DNA from: Verrucomicrobiota bacterium
GTDB taxonomy: Bacteria > Verrucomicrobiota > Verrucomicrobiia > Verrucomicrobiales > DEV007
DNA length: 64,000 bases
Assembly: GCA_002862135.1 (NCBI GenBank)
Contig: PKCI01000011.1
Location: 10,195 to 74,194, forward strand
Reading direction: 5' to 3'
How positions within the stretch are numbered: the stretch's first letter is position 1; each line of letters opens with the position of its first letter. The notes under the pieces were generated by a model. It ran no database searches. It was given only the letters and a program-made list of their open reading frames with translations, and had not been told where the DNA came from. Position numbers and translations under genes: made by a program. Positions 18,522-26,920 of this stretch are shown in pieces.

Positions 18522-21281
18522 TCAGGGTAAGAAGGCGTATTCGTTAGAGTTGATCAGGCTGCGGCAGACAATGTTAAGACCGTTGCTTCCGGCAATGTTG
18601 GTGCAGGCCGCCAGCTCATCGGCATAAGGCTGACGAAGCAGGAGCAACTCAAAGGCACGTTTCACGGCAGCCTCAGGGTCTCCCCCGCTCTCCTTGATAG
18701 CGCGCTCAGCGATAAACTCGGACTGCTCCACCACGAAGTCGCTGTTCATCAGGTTGAGAGCCTGGAGCGGCGTCGTTGAAACGGGGCGCTTGTCTCGAAC
18801 CTGTCCGCAATCAGGGAAGTCAAAAGCGGTGAAAATCTTATCGTCGACGCGTCGCATCCGCTCCTGGTAGAGCATGCGGCGCCAGGTGTCTTCGCCGTGA
18901 TTATCGACCACCTCCCACTGGGCGTATGTCTTCTTCACGTTGTGGATGCGGAAGCTGCGCCCACCCATCTCAGGGTTGAGCTTTCCGGAAGCTTGGAGTA
19001 TTCCATCGCGTATTACCTCAGCCTCGACCCGTTGGGGTGGATAGCGCCACAAAAGCAACGAACTCCCATCTACCTGAAGTTTTTCTTGATCCGGCAGACT
19101 AGACCGCTTGAAAGCATCCGACATCACAAGCAGGCGAATCATGTCCTTGGAGGACCAAGGAGCGACTTCCATCCGGCCCGGATCCACAAACTCAGCCGCC
19201 AGCCAATCGAGCAACTCAGGATGAGTAGGCATGGCACCAGCCAGTCCAAAGTCACTGCCGGTCGCCACTATGCCGGAGCCAAAGATGTGATACCAGATGC
19301 GGTTGACCATGACACGTGATGTGAGCGGGTGATTCGGATCCGTCAACCACTCCGCAAAGGCGAGGCGACGCTTCGAATCCGGGGTTTCGGAATCGAGTCC
19401 GAGGTCTCCGTCCATCAGGGAGAAACCGGCCGGAACCACTTCATCACGAAGGTTCTCTGGGCTGCCGCGATGCATCACGTGAGTCTTGTTGGGCATCTTG
19501 GTGAACTGGCCGACAAAACTGTGGCGCGGCCCCTCGTCGGTGAGTTCACCAATAAGACGGTGCAGCTCATCCGATGCCTTCTTGAGCTTGGGATTCTTCG
19601 CAATTCGATCAGTGGCTGCTTTGCTGGCAGCAATCTGCTTCCAACTTCCGTCGTCCTGCACCACGCTGACGCGGAAGGAAGGAAGATCTCCGCCCTTGCC
19701 CTGCAATAGGTAGTCGGTCTCAAAGTAATACTCGCGATTACTGCTGAACCGGAAGCGATTCACGGTACGCTCTTCGGGAAAGTGTAGCTCAACCCAAGGC
19801 TTCTTGCCACTGTCCTTGGGGGCTTTAGCCCGCCAGGCCATCGTGCCGAATTTGCCGTCATTGGCGTTCTTAAGCGGGTGGCGATTATCGGCAAGAGATT
19901 GGTCCTCTTTCAACTCAGTTCCGGAACGGGCCAAGGCGAGGTTATCGTTGTATTCATCAGGACCGAAAACCTGCAGTTCGTCGACTCCCACACTGGCCCA
20001 GTCAAAGTCGATGCGGAGCGCCTTTGTCCTCTGGTTGCCAAACTGAAGCTCTTTGAAGCCGCCCCAGTCTTCCTCCCAGGCACCCCCTTCGCGAAGGATA
20101 GCGCGCTGAGCGAACATCTTCGGATAAATCTCTGAGGCACGCTGGCGGCGCGGGTGATCTTCGGCAAACTCCGGGTAGCGCCCGCCAAACTCCACGCCCT
20201 GGAACACAGCACTCATGGCGTAGTAATCGGTGATCGAGATTGGATCAAACTTGTGGTTGTGACAGCGCGCACAACTAATCGTCACGCCCATGATCGAGGC
20301 GCCCACAGTCGACATGATTTCGTCCATGCGGTCGGCCCGGGCCTGGCGAATCGCGGCGGGCTCGCGACCCACCGTTGCCGCAGGAACATGAGGACCGGCG
20401 ACAAGAAATCCGGTGGCCTCACCCACTCCGAGCTGGTCACCCGCCAACTGCTCCCTAATGAACTGATCATAGGGAATGTTTTCGTTGAAAGCGCGCACCA
20501 CATAGTCGCGATAGATCCAAGCGTTTTTGCGATAAAGGTTCGCTTCGGAACCGTTTGTTTCAGCCCAGCGAATCACGTCGAGCCAGTGCTGCGCCCAGCG
20601 TTCCCCGAAGTGAGGTGACGCCATCAATTCATCGACCAGCGCGGCGTAGGCCGTGTCACTGTCTTCGCCATAGGCCGCCTCAAACTCTCTAACCTTCTCC
20701 GGCGTCGGTATCATGCCGGTAAGAATCACGGAGGCTCGCTTAATGAGCGAAACGGCATCGGCCGGCCGGTTGGTTTTGATGCCCTGCTCTTTGAGCTTTG
20801 CGTTAAGAAACGCATCCACCGGATTAGTGGCATCGCTCTCAGGAATCTCAGGACGCTTCACGGGAAGGTAGGACCAGTGTTCGACTTTCTCTTCGATGAC
20901 CTCGTCCATCTGGCCGGGCCACTCAGCACCGGCGGCGATCCAGTCCTCGAACAACTTGACTTCTTCTTCGGAAAGCGGCGAACCCTTCGGCGGCATAATC
21001 AAATCCGGATCACTCCCGTTGATCAATTCGACGAGGAAGCTGGCGACCGGATCCCCCGGAACAATGGAGGGAATTCCAATGTCACCACCCTTGAGCAGGG
21101 ACGCGCGCTGATCTACCCGAACCTCCGACTTCTGCTTGTCAGGGCCGTGACAATCGAGACACTCCGCCTCAAGAATCGGCCAGATATCCTTTTCAAAATC
21201 AACGGCCCCACTGCCTGCAGGCAGGCTCAACAGGGCAACCAGCCCGGAAAGTAGAAAAACGGTTGAGTTTCGCTTCATCAT
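18522..21281 (-). CDS. DUF1549/DUF1553 (PSD1) protein with planctomycete cytochrome c and a discoidin (F5/8 type C)-like insert
   Basis: CLDCH, HWSYLPV, GERWAQHWLDV, CARCHNHKFDP, LTSRVMVNRIW, HPELLDWLA, TPLQAL. ORF track starts at 21371; ATG at 21281/21278 gives a signal peptide. Confidence 0.9.
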   Translation of the reverse strand: MMKRNSTVFLLSGLVALLSLPAGSGAVDFEKDIWPILEAECLDCHGPDKQKSEVRVDQRASLLKGGDIGIPSIVPGDPVASFLVELINGSDPDLIMPPKGSPLSEEEVKLFEDWIAAGAEWPGQMDEVIEEKVEHWSYLPVKRPEIPESDATNPVDAFLNAKLKEQGIKTNRPADAVSLIKRASVILTGMIPTPEKVREFEAAYGEDSDTAYAALVDELMASPHFGERWAQHWLDVIRWAETNGSEANLYRKNAWIYRDYVVRAFNENIPYDQFIREQLAGDQLGVGEATGFLVAGPHVPAATVGREPAAIRQARADRMDEIMSTVGASIMGVTISCARCHNHKFDPISITDYYAMSAVFQGVEFGGRYPEFAEDHPRRQRASEIYPKMFAQRAILREGGAWEEDWGGFKELQFGNQRTKALRIDFDWASVGVDELQVFGPDEYNDNLALARSGTELKEDQSLADNRHPLKNANDGKFGTMAWRAKAPKDSGKKPWVELHFPEERTVNRFRFSSNREYYFETDYLLQGKGGDLPSFRVSVVQDDGSWKQIAASKAATDRIAKNPKLKKASDELHRLIGELTDEGPRHSFVGQFTKMPNKTHVMHRGSPENLRDEVVPAGFSLMDGDLGLDSETPDSKRRLAFAEWLTDPNHPLTSRVMVNRIWYHIFGSGIVATGSDFGLAGAMPTHPELLDWLAAEFVDPGRMEVAPWSSKDMIRLLVMSDAFKRSSLPDQEKLQVDGSSLLLWRYPPQRVEAEVIRDGILQASGKLNPEMGGRSFRIHNVKKTYAQWEVVDNHGEDTWRRMLYQERMRRVDDKIFTAFDFPDCGQVRDKRPVSTTPLQALNLMNSDFVVEQSEFIAERAIKESGGDPEAAVKRAFELLLLRQPYADELAACTNIAGSNGLNIVCRSLINSNEYAFLP

Positions 21282-21439
21282 ACAATGACTGTCTCTTTCA
21301 CAAAAAGTTAACGCATTTTTTGGAGAAAAATCGAGCGGATCCCGTGGCGTAATAGCACCACAGTCTCCCACCGCCCCGTTTACGTAGGATCACAGCCTTC
21401 TCAGCTCACGCCGAAAGGTCCATTTTACAATTCTACTGA

Positions 21440-22906
21440 ATGAATTCCGAACTGTTCCTCGCCTGCTTCCTGCTCTACGTCGTTGGCGTCATCGGGTTCG
21501 GCTGGTGGCTCTCCCGCCGGCGCCAAACCGGCGAAGAGTTCCTTCTCGGAGGCCGTGCCGTCCCCCTCTTTCTAACCCTCGGAACCACGATCGCAACCAT
21601 GGTCGGGACGGGTTCGTCCATGGGTGCTGTAGGCAAGGCCTACACCCACGGCTGGGCGGGTGCCCTCTACGGCATCGGCGGGGCTGCCGGAATCCTGATT
21701 GCCGCCTGGCTTTTCGCCCCCGTGAGAAAGTACCGTTTCGTCACCATGGCCGAGGAAATCTCCTCCTACGTCGGGGCCAATCGTTCCGTCGCCAACCTAG
21801 TGGCGGTGTTTACTTACCTTTCCAGCGTCGGATGGCTTGGCGCGCACATCCTCGGTGGAGGAAAATACCTCGTCTATGTCACCGGGATCGATCCTCTCCT
21901 CGCCAAGTCTCTCATTGCTTGCGGCTTCAGCATCTACGCCGTGATCGGCGGCTATCGGGCTGTCATCTGGACCGACACGCTCCAGGCGATTGTACTCTTC
22001 GCTGGCTTCACCCTCACGGCCTGGTTTTCGCTCCAATTCGCCGGAGGCTGGGAAGGGCTGTCAAAGGCACAGCAATCCCTCAGCTCCACCGCCTCCCCTG
22101 TTCCAATTCTCAGTCTATTCTCTATCGCAATCGTCATTGCTGTGGGTGTGCTTGGTACACCTTCATTTCGCCAGCGAATCTATTCGGGCGATTCAACGAC
22201 GGCGGTTCGAAAAGCCTTCGCGATCTCGGGTCTTCTCTACCTCGCTTTCTCATTGCTCCCCGCCATCATCGGATTGACTGCTTGCAACACGAACCCGGAG
22301 CTATCCGATCCCGATCAGGCTTTTCCTTGGATGGCGACCCAGTTACTGCCAGTGGCTATCGGTATCATCGTGCTCATTGCCGGTCTTTCCGCCACCATGT
22401 CGAGCGCCAGTTCCGATGCCGTGTCCGGTGTCACCACCGTCATCCGTGATCTTCACCAACTGGCCTTCAAGCGACTGCCCCCGCCTGAAAAAGTAGTTCG
22501 CTGCTCCCGCGTCTCACTCACCGCCACCACCCTGCTCGCTCTGGGAATGGCCCTGATTTCCGACCAGATTATCTCCTACATCGCCAGCATGATTTCCTTT
22601 TTCATCACCGGCATGTGCGTTGCCGGAATTCTCGGCCGAACCTGGGACCGCTACAATGCCCCCGGAGCCGTTGCCTCGTTGATCGGCGCATCGGCCACCG
22701 CCGGCGCTTTTCAGCTCAATGCGTTTCTCAGTCCCGACAACAACTGGAACGACATCTGGGGTAATCCCGTGATTCCTTCGCTGGTGGTTGCCACCCTCCT
22801 TGGAGTCGTTGTCTCACTGCTCACTCCAGACGATCCTTGCTCTCATGAGGAAGCGGTCGCACGACTCGCAAAAGAACGGGAGGGCATGGAAAATCCCGCG
22901 GACTAG
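21440..22906 (+). CDS. Sodium:solute symporter family transporter
   Basis: About 13 hydrophobic segments; EFLLGGR, GGYRAVIWTDTLQ, LSATMSSASS. Confidence 0.9.
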   Translation: MNSELFLACFLLYVVGVIGFGWWLSRRRQTGEEFLLGGRAVPLFLTLGTTIATMVGTGSSMGAVGKAYTHGWAGALYGIGGAAGILIAAWLFAPVRKYRFVTMAEEISSYVGANRSVANLVAVFTYLSSVGWLGAHILGGGKYLVYVTGIDPLLAKSLIACGFSIYAVIGGYRAVIWTDTLQAIVLFAGFTLTAWFSLQFAGGWEGLSKAQQSLSSTASPVPILSLFSIAIVIAVGVLGTPSFRQRIYSGDSTTAVRKAFAISGLLYLAFSLLPAIIGLTACNTNPELSDPDQAFPWMATQLLPVAIGIIVLIAGLSATMSSASSDAVSGVTTVIRDLHQLAFKRLPPPEKVVRCSRVSLTATTLLALGMALISDQIISYIASMISFFITGMCVAGILGRTWDRYNAPGAVASLIGASATAGAFQLNAFLSPDNNWNDIWGNPVIPSLVVATLLGVVVSLLTPDDPCSHEEAVARLAKEREGMENPAD

Positions 22907-24606
22907 CGCTTACCCGCGCGGCTCCGCTCAAAGAGGCTTGCAATCTCCTCAGCCGAAAGGGCCACCTTGAAAATCGCGAACTCATCCATGCGTCCGTTGA
23001 GGTTGCGGATCGCAAAGGTCGGATCCTCACGGTGAGGCAATCCCCAGTTACCGATCTCACCGTTTCCGATATGCAGCTTATCGACCAAGAACTTATCTTC
23101 GATAGCCTCGCGGGTGATTTCCTTACCGTTCACAAAGTGCGCCACCGAACGGTTCGCCGGATCAAAGGTGGAGGTGATATGCATCCACTCACCGCTCATG
23201 GACTGATCCCAGATCGGCTCTGAGAAATAAATCTTGGCGAGTCCCGCCGCCTTCTTGTTCGGGTTTTTTGGATAAACGTAGGTGTCGTCCACCATGACTG
23301 AAAGCATGAGCTGTCCATCGTCGCGGATCTGCCAGTGAGGCTCACCGTTCTCGTAACCGTCCCCGAGGAACAGGGCGCTATACCAGCGGTCGAGCGCATC
23401 AATCCTGACCCAGGTCATAAAGGTGAATGCCGGAAACTCACCGGGGATGTTGACGCGCACCCGTGATCCGGGGCGGCGAAATTCCAGCGCCTCTTTCATT
23501 CCGGGCCAGCGACCATCCACTTTCTCTGCCATGACTACCGCACCGTCGAACCCACCGTCGCGTGGCCTCGCCAGATTCGGGATCAACTTCTCCCCATTGG
23601 AGCGATCAAAGGTGTAGTAAGCGATGAGACGATCATCTTCCGCTAGGGCATCGCGGTGAGACTTCCAGAGTTCGAAATCCGTCTGTCGCTGGCGATCGGT
23701 CTGGCTCCCCATGCGATCCGCATCCGGATAGTCCACCATGCCTGCGGCTACCGCTTCCGCACCGCCATCTGACGGCAACTCCCACGCACCGCCAATCGTT
23801 ACAAGTCTTTTGCCTTCTTCCTGATGATGAAATTCAATTTCGCCGTCAAAGACTTCGACGTGGCCTTCACCATCCCGGACCTTGAGACCAAACTCGGTGC
23901 CCAGGTCCACGATCTCGGTCGAGGGCGCCTGCAAGATAAAACCTCGCGCTGCCGGCGGCACCTTCATCCGCACCGCACCTTCTCGACACTCAGCCTCCCA
24001 GGCGGAATGCAGCGAAATCTCGGCAGGTCCCTCCACCGTCATCGTTGCACCGGAGAAGAACTGTATCTCGGCCGTGCCCGAAGCCAGTTCGAATACCTCG
24101 GAGCTCAGTATATCGCCTTCACGACGCTGCGTCTGGCCATCCGCCCAACTGGCATCGAAAAGACGCCCCACCACCGCAAAACCCTCAGCCGAGGGCTCGT
24201 TGGGGTTGGTCCTCGCCATATCAGCCCCTTCATTTTTGCCAGGCGACACAGTAGGCTTCGCCTGCCAATACATCCATCCGGATCCCAGCAAAAACGCGAC
24301 TGCCGCCGCAGCTGCCATCGGTCCGAAAGACGGGAAACCAATAATCCTCTTCGAAGCCTTCCCATCTTCCATTTCCACGAGCTTTACCCACGGGGAGGCA
24401 TCATCACCGGCATCGATCCCAGAGGCTTCATTCTGGAGGCTATTGTCGAGAGAAAGGTAACGACGCATCACCGCGCGTAACTCAGCGCTCTCGATCATGC
24501 GATCCTCGAGTGACTCAAAATCTTCTGCGCTGATCGTGCCATCGGCATAGGCGTCGATCCACTCCTGCTCTTCCGCGGTCAGGTCTTTGTATTTGGCAGG
24601 TTTCAT
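22903..24606 (-). CDS. Anti-sigma factor-like protein: TM segment, FecR domain and LamG/concanavalin-like domain
   Basis: GFILQAPSTEIVDLGTEFG (FecR-like); LIAYYTFD...WMHITSTFD...NLNGRMDEFAIF (LamG); ATG overlaps the sigma stop codon (TGATG). Confidence 0.85.
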   Translation of the reverse strand: MKPAKYKDLTAEEQEWIDAYADGTISAEDFESLEDRMIESAELRAVMRRYLSLDNSLQNEASGIDAGDDASPWVKLVEMEDGKASKRIIGFPSFGPMAAAAAVAFLLGSGWMYWQAKPTVSPGKNEGADMARTNPNEPSAEGFAVVGRLFDASWADGQTQRREGDILSSEVFELASGTAEIQFFSGATMTVEGPAEISLHSAWEAECREGAVRMKVPPAARGFILQAPSTEIVDLGTEFGLKVRDGEGHVEVFDGEIEFHHQEEGKRLVTIGGAWELPSDGGAEAVAAGMVDYPDADRMGSQTDRQRQTDFELWKSHRDALAEDDRLIAYYTFDRSNGEKLIPNLARPRDGGFDGAVVMAEKVDGRWPGMKEALEFRRPGSRVRVNIPGEFPAFTFMTWVRIDALDRWYSALFLGDGYENGEPHWQIRDDGQLMLSVMVDDTYVYPKNPNKKAAGLAKIYFSEPIWDQSMSGEWMHITSTFDPANRSVAHFVNGKEITREAIEDKFLVDKLHIGNGEIGNWGLPHREDPTFAIRNLNGRMDEFAIFKVALSAEEIASLFERSRAGKR

Positions 24607-25157
24607 CAGGCGTGTCCGGGTTGCTGGGTTTTCGATTCCACACACTGCATCAGCTGACGTCGAATTCGCTTCAGTCGCATGTAAAACGCCGCCGCGGTCG
24701 ACCCGGCCTCCGCCGCGAGATCCTTCACTTTCACTCCCGGCGTGTAGGCCAGGGTCACAAACTGACGCTGCTTCTCGGGCAACTCCAGCAGGCAGGTCTG
24801 CAAGGCATCGTGTTCGGCCCGCCTCCCATCAAGTTCCGAGATACCTTCGTCTGCCATAAGCTCGAGGACATCCTCGCGGAAGACATGGCGGTCGCGCGCC
24901 ATCTTGCGGCGGTAGGCCAGCGCCTCAAAGCGAGCAATGACGCAGGCCCACTTCATGAAATTGGTCCCTGGATCGTATTGATCAAACTTCCGCCAGATCA
25001 CGATCGCGGTCTGCTGCAGGACCTCATCCGTATCCGTCCACGTCGGCAGGAGGGACCGGATAAACCGTCTCAGGTCCGGTTCGTAGTGCGCAAAACGCTG
25101 CACAAAGGTCTCGTAACGAGCGTCCTCGGAGTCAGGGGTGGGATCGTTTTCAGCCAT
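24606..25157 (-). CDS. ECF sigma-70 factor
   Basis: DEVLQQTAIVIWRK...FMKWACVIARFE (region 2) and AFYMRLKRIRRQL (region 4). Confidence 0.92.
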   Translation of the reverse strand: MAENDPTPDSEDARYETFVQRFAHYEPDLRRFIRSLLPTWTDTDEVLQQTAIVIWRKFDQYDPGTNFMKWACVIARFEALAYRRKMARDRHVFREDVLELMADEGISELDGRRAEHDALQTCLLELPEKQRQFVTLAYTPGVKVKDLAAEAGSTAAAFYMRLKRIRRQLMQCVESKTQQPGHA

Positions 25158-25219
25158 ATTTTCAATACAACACTACCATCCACGGAAAAACCTAACGCGA
25201 AAAGCTTCCGCGGAGAAAA

Positions 25220-25486
25220 TCACCCCACATGAAGGTCAGAGGCATATGAGGTCACGGTTTTCCGCGTCGCCCCGCAAACCGAATTCTGGCAATACGCCCG
25301 GTCAAATCGCAGAAGCTCTTTGGCGAGGCGATCCAGGTTCGGCGTCTGGCAAACTTCCTTGCCGTAGATCCCCAAAGCCGTGGCACTGAAGTCGTCCGAA
25401 ACGATGAAGAGAAAATTGTGCGGTCCGTCTGCCCCTCTGACCAGAGGGCCTATAGAAAGACAGAATAGGAGAACGAAAAATCGCAT
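25220..25486 (-). pseudogene. Truncated sulfatase (N-terminal ~75 aa only)
   Basis: Signal peptide then NFLFIVSDD...TPNLDRLAK...FDRAYCQNSVCGATR, then 13 unrelated residues and a stop. Confidence 0.8.
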
Positions 25487-25488
25487 TG

Positions 25489-26529
25489 TTAGAACGATCG
25501 CTTGGGTCCGCCGGTGTCGTTGTGGGCCGGAATCGGGCTCTCAAACCCCTCGTAAGCGGATGGCTTAATTCCTTTCGCCTGTCCCTTGCCACTAAACGTA
25601 TTCGGCTTGAACGGGCCGACAAACTCGATGCTTGAATCACCTTCAATCTTATCTTCCATGCCGATCGACCAATAGATTGCATTCACCAGCATGCGGCGGT
25701 AACCCTCGTTGAGAATATCTTCGGAAGTCCCGTAGAGTGACGTGAAACTGCGCCCCTCTTTTCCATCCGGGCTGTTCTTGTAAGTGCGGGTCCACTCGGA
25801 GGCCTTGGGCGGCTTGGAGGGATCTGGTTCACCGTCCTGCTCCATACTCATGAGAGGCTGTGCCGTTGTTAGAATATTCCAGTCGTCCTGCGGCTCCGCA
25901 TTGTATCCACCGACATGCACCCAGATGTCGCTGACGCCTTTGAGGATCGGATGGGTTTCTTTGCCCGGCTCAATGGTTATTCGCGTGCTCTGCTGGTGGT
26001 TCTTTCCGTAGTGGCCGACCCAGGTCTGTCCCTGGACCTGGTGACCGAAGCCTTTTAAATACTCCTCGCCGTCATATTGAAAGTGATACTTGCGATAGGA
26101 GCTTTCGGAATCCTTGGGGTATCTGAAACCGTGAGTCGAGGTGCGCAGGGCCACGACCGGACCGCCGTGGTTGAGGTAGGCGTCGAGGTGCTTCATCTGC
26201 TCATCCGGCGGAGCCAGGAAGCGGGTAAAGATTACCAGGCCGTCGGCATCGTCGAGCGCTTCAATTCCGGGCAGGTTGGATTTGCCCGCGACGATGGTTC
26301 CGTCCTTTTCATCGATCCCGAACACCACGACACACTCAAATCCGTGGTGCTTTGCCATGATCCGCGCCAGTGCCGGCAGGGTTTCCTCGGAGCGGTATTC
26401 GTGATCGCTCGCAATGAAGACAAGCTTCTTCCCGTTCGCTTGGTTAGCGTCAGGTTGGTAAGTCAGCGGGCCGGCAAACAGCGACGTAGAAATGACGGTC
26501 AAAAGTAGAGCAATGAGTCGGGATTTCAT
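25489..26529 (-). CDS. ThuA-like (trehalose-utilisation fold) secreted protein
   Basis: KKLVFIASDHEYRSEETLP, GGPVVALRTSTH, THPILKGV, GRSFTSLYG...RRMLVNAIYW. Confidence 0.75.
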   Translation of the reverse strand: MKSRLIALLLTVISTSLFAGPLTYQPDANQANGKKLVFIASDHEYRSEETLPALARIMAKHHGFECVVVFGIDEKDGTIVAGKSNLPGIEALDDADGLVIFTRFLAPPDEQMKHLDAYLNHGGPVVALRTSTHGFRYPKDSESSYRKYHFQYDGEEYLKGFGHQVQGQTWVGHYGKNHQQSTRITIEPGKETHPILKGVSDIWVHVGGYNAEPQDDWNILTTAQPLMSMEQDGEPDPSKPPKASEWTRTYKNSPDGKEGRSFTSLYGTSEDILNEGYRRMLVNAIYWSIGMEDKIEGDSSIEFVGPFKPNTFSGKGQAKGIKPSAYEGFESPIPAHNDTGGPKRSF

Positions 26530-26861
26530 GGGAGTGAGCCGGCGGGATTGAAAAACCGGCGGGAAACACCATTAAGGAATCCCCCCTGCCTGTCGAAGTG
26601 AGATTATTCCGATTCGCGCTACGATAACCGGTGGCGTGAGATGCCATGCGGTCAAATAATCCGGTCTGCTTTCCTGCACTACGCTTTTTCTCGATTGCAG
26701 AGGCATTGAGCCCGGCCCCAGCCATGCCCACATAGAGAAATCCGTCCGATCCATTAAAGATCGTATGAATTTCGGCTGTGACGCGGGGAATATCCCGAAC
26801 AGGCCAGTTAGCGAACCGATGGAGCGGTGCTTCCTCCTATTGCTGAGCAATACTTTTCAAA

Positions 26862-26920
26862 GGCCAACATTCGAGCTAAGGCGCGCGGTCTGCCGCGTCG
26901 TCTTCAGCGTCTTGTTCGGC
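26862..26920 (-). mobile_element. Integron attC site (59-base element)
   Basis: Minus strand GCCGAAC-AAGAC-GCTGAAG-ACGACGCGGCAGACCGCGCGC-CTTAGC-TCGAAT-GTTGGCC: R'', 5-nt spacer, L'', central hairpin, L', 6-nt spacer, R'; 59 bp in total. Confidence 0.8.

Noticed and set aside
26572-26850. 92-aa ORF downstream of attC as a second cassette
   Set aside because: TTG start, non-protein-like composition, and no closing attC with a GGCCAAC R'' was found.
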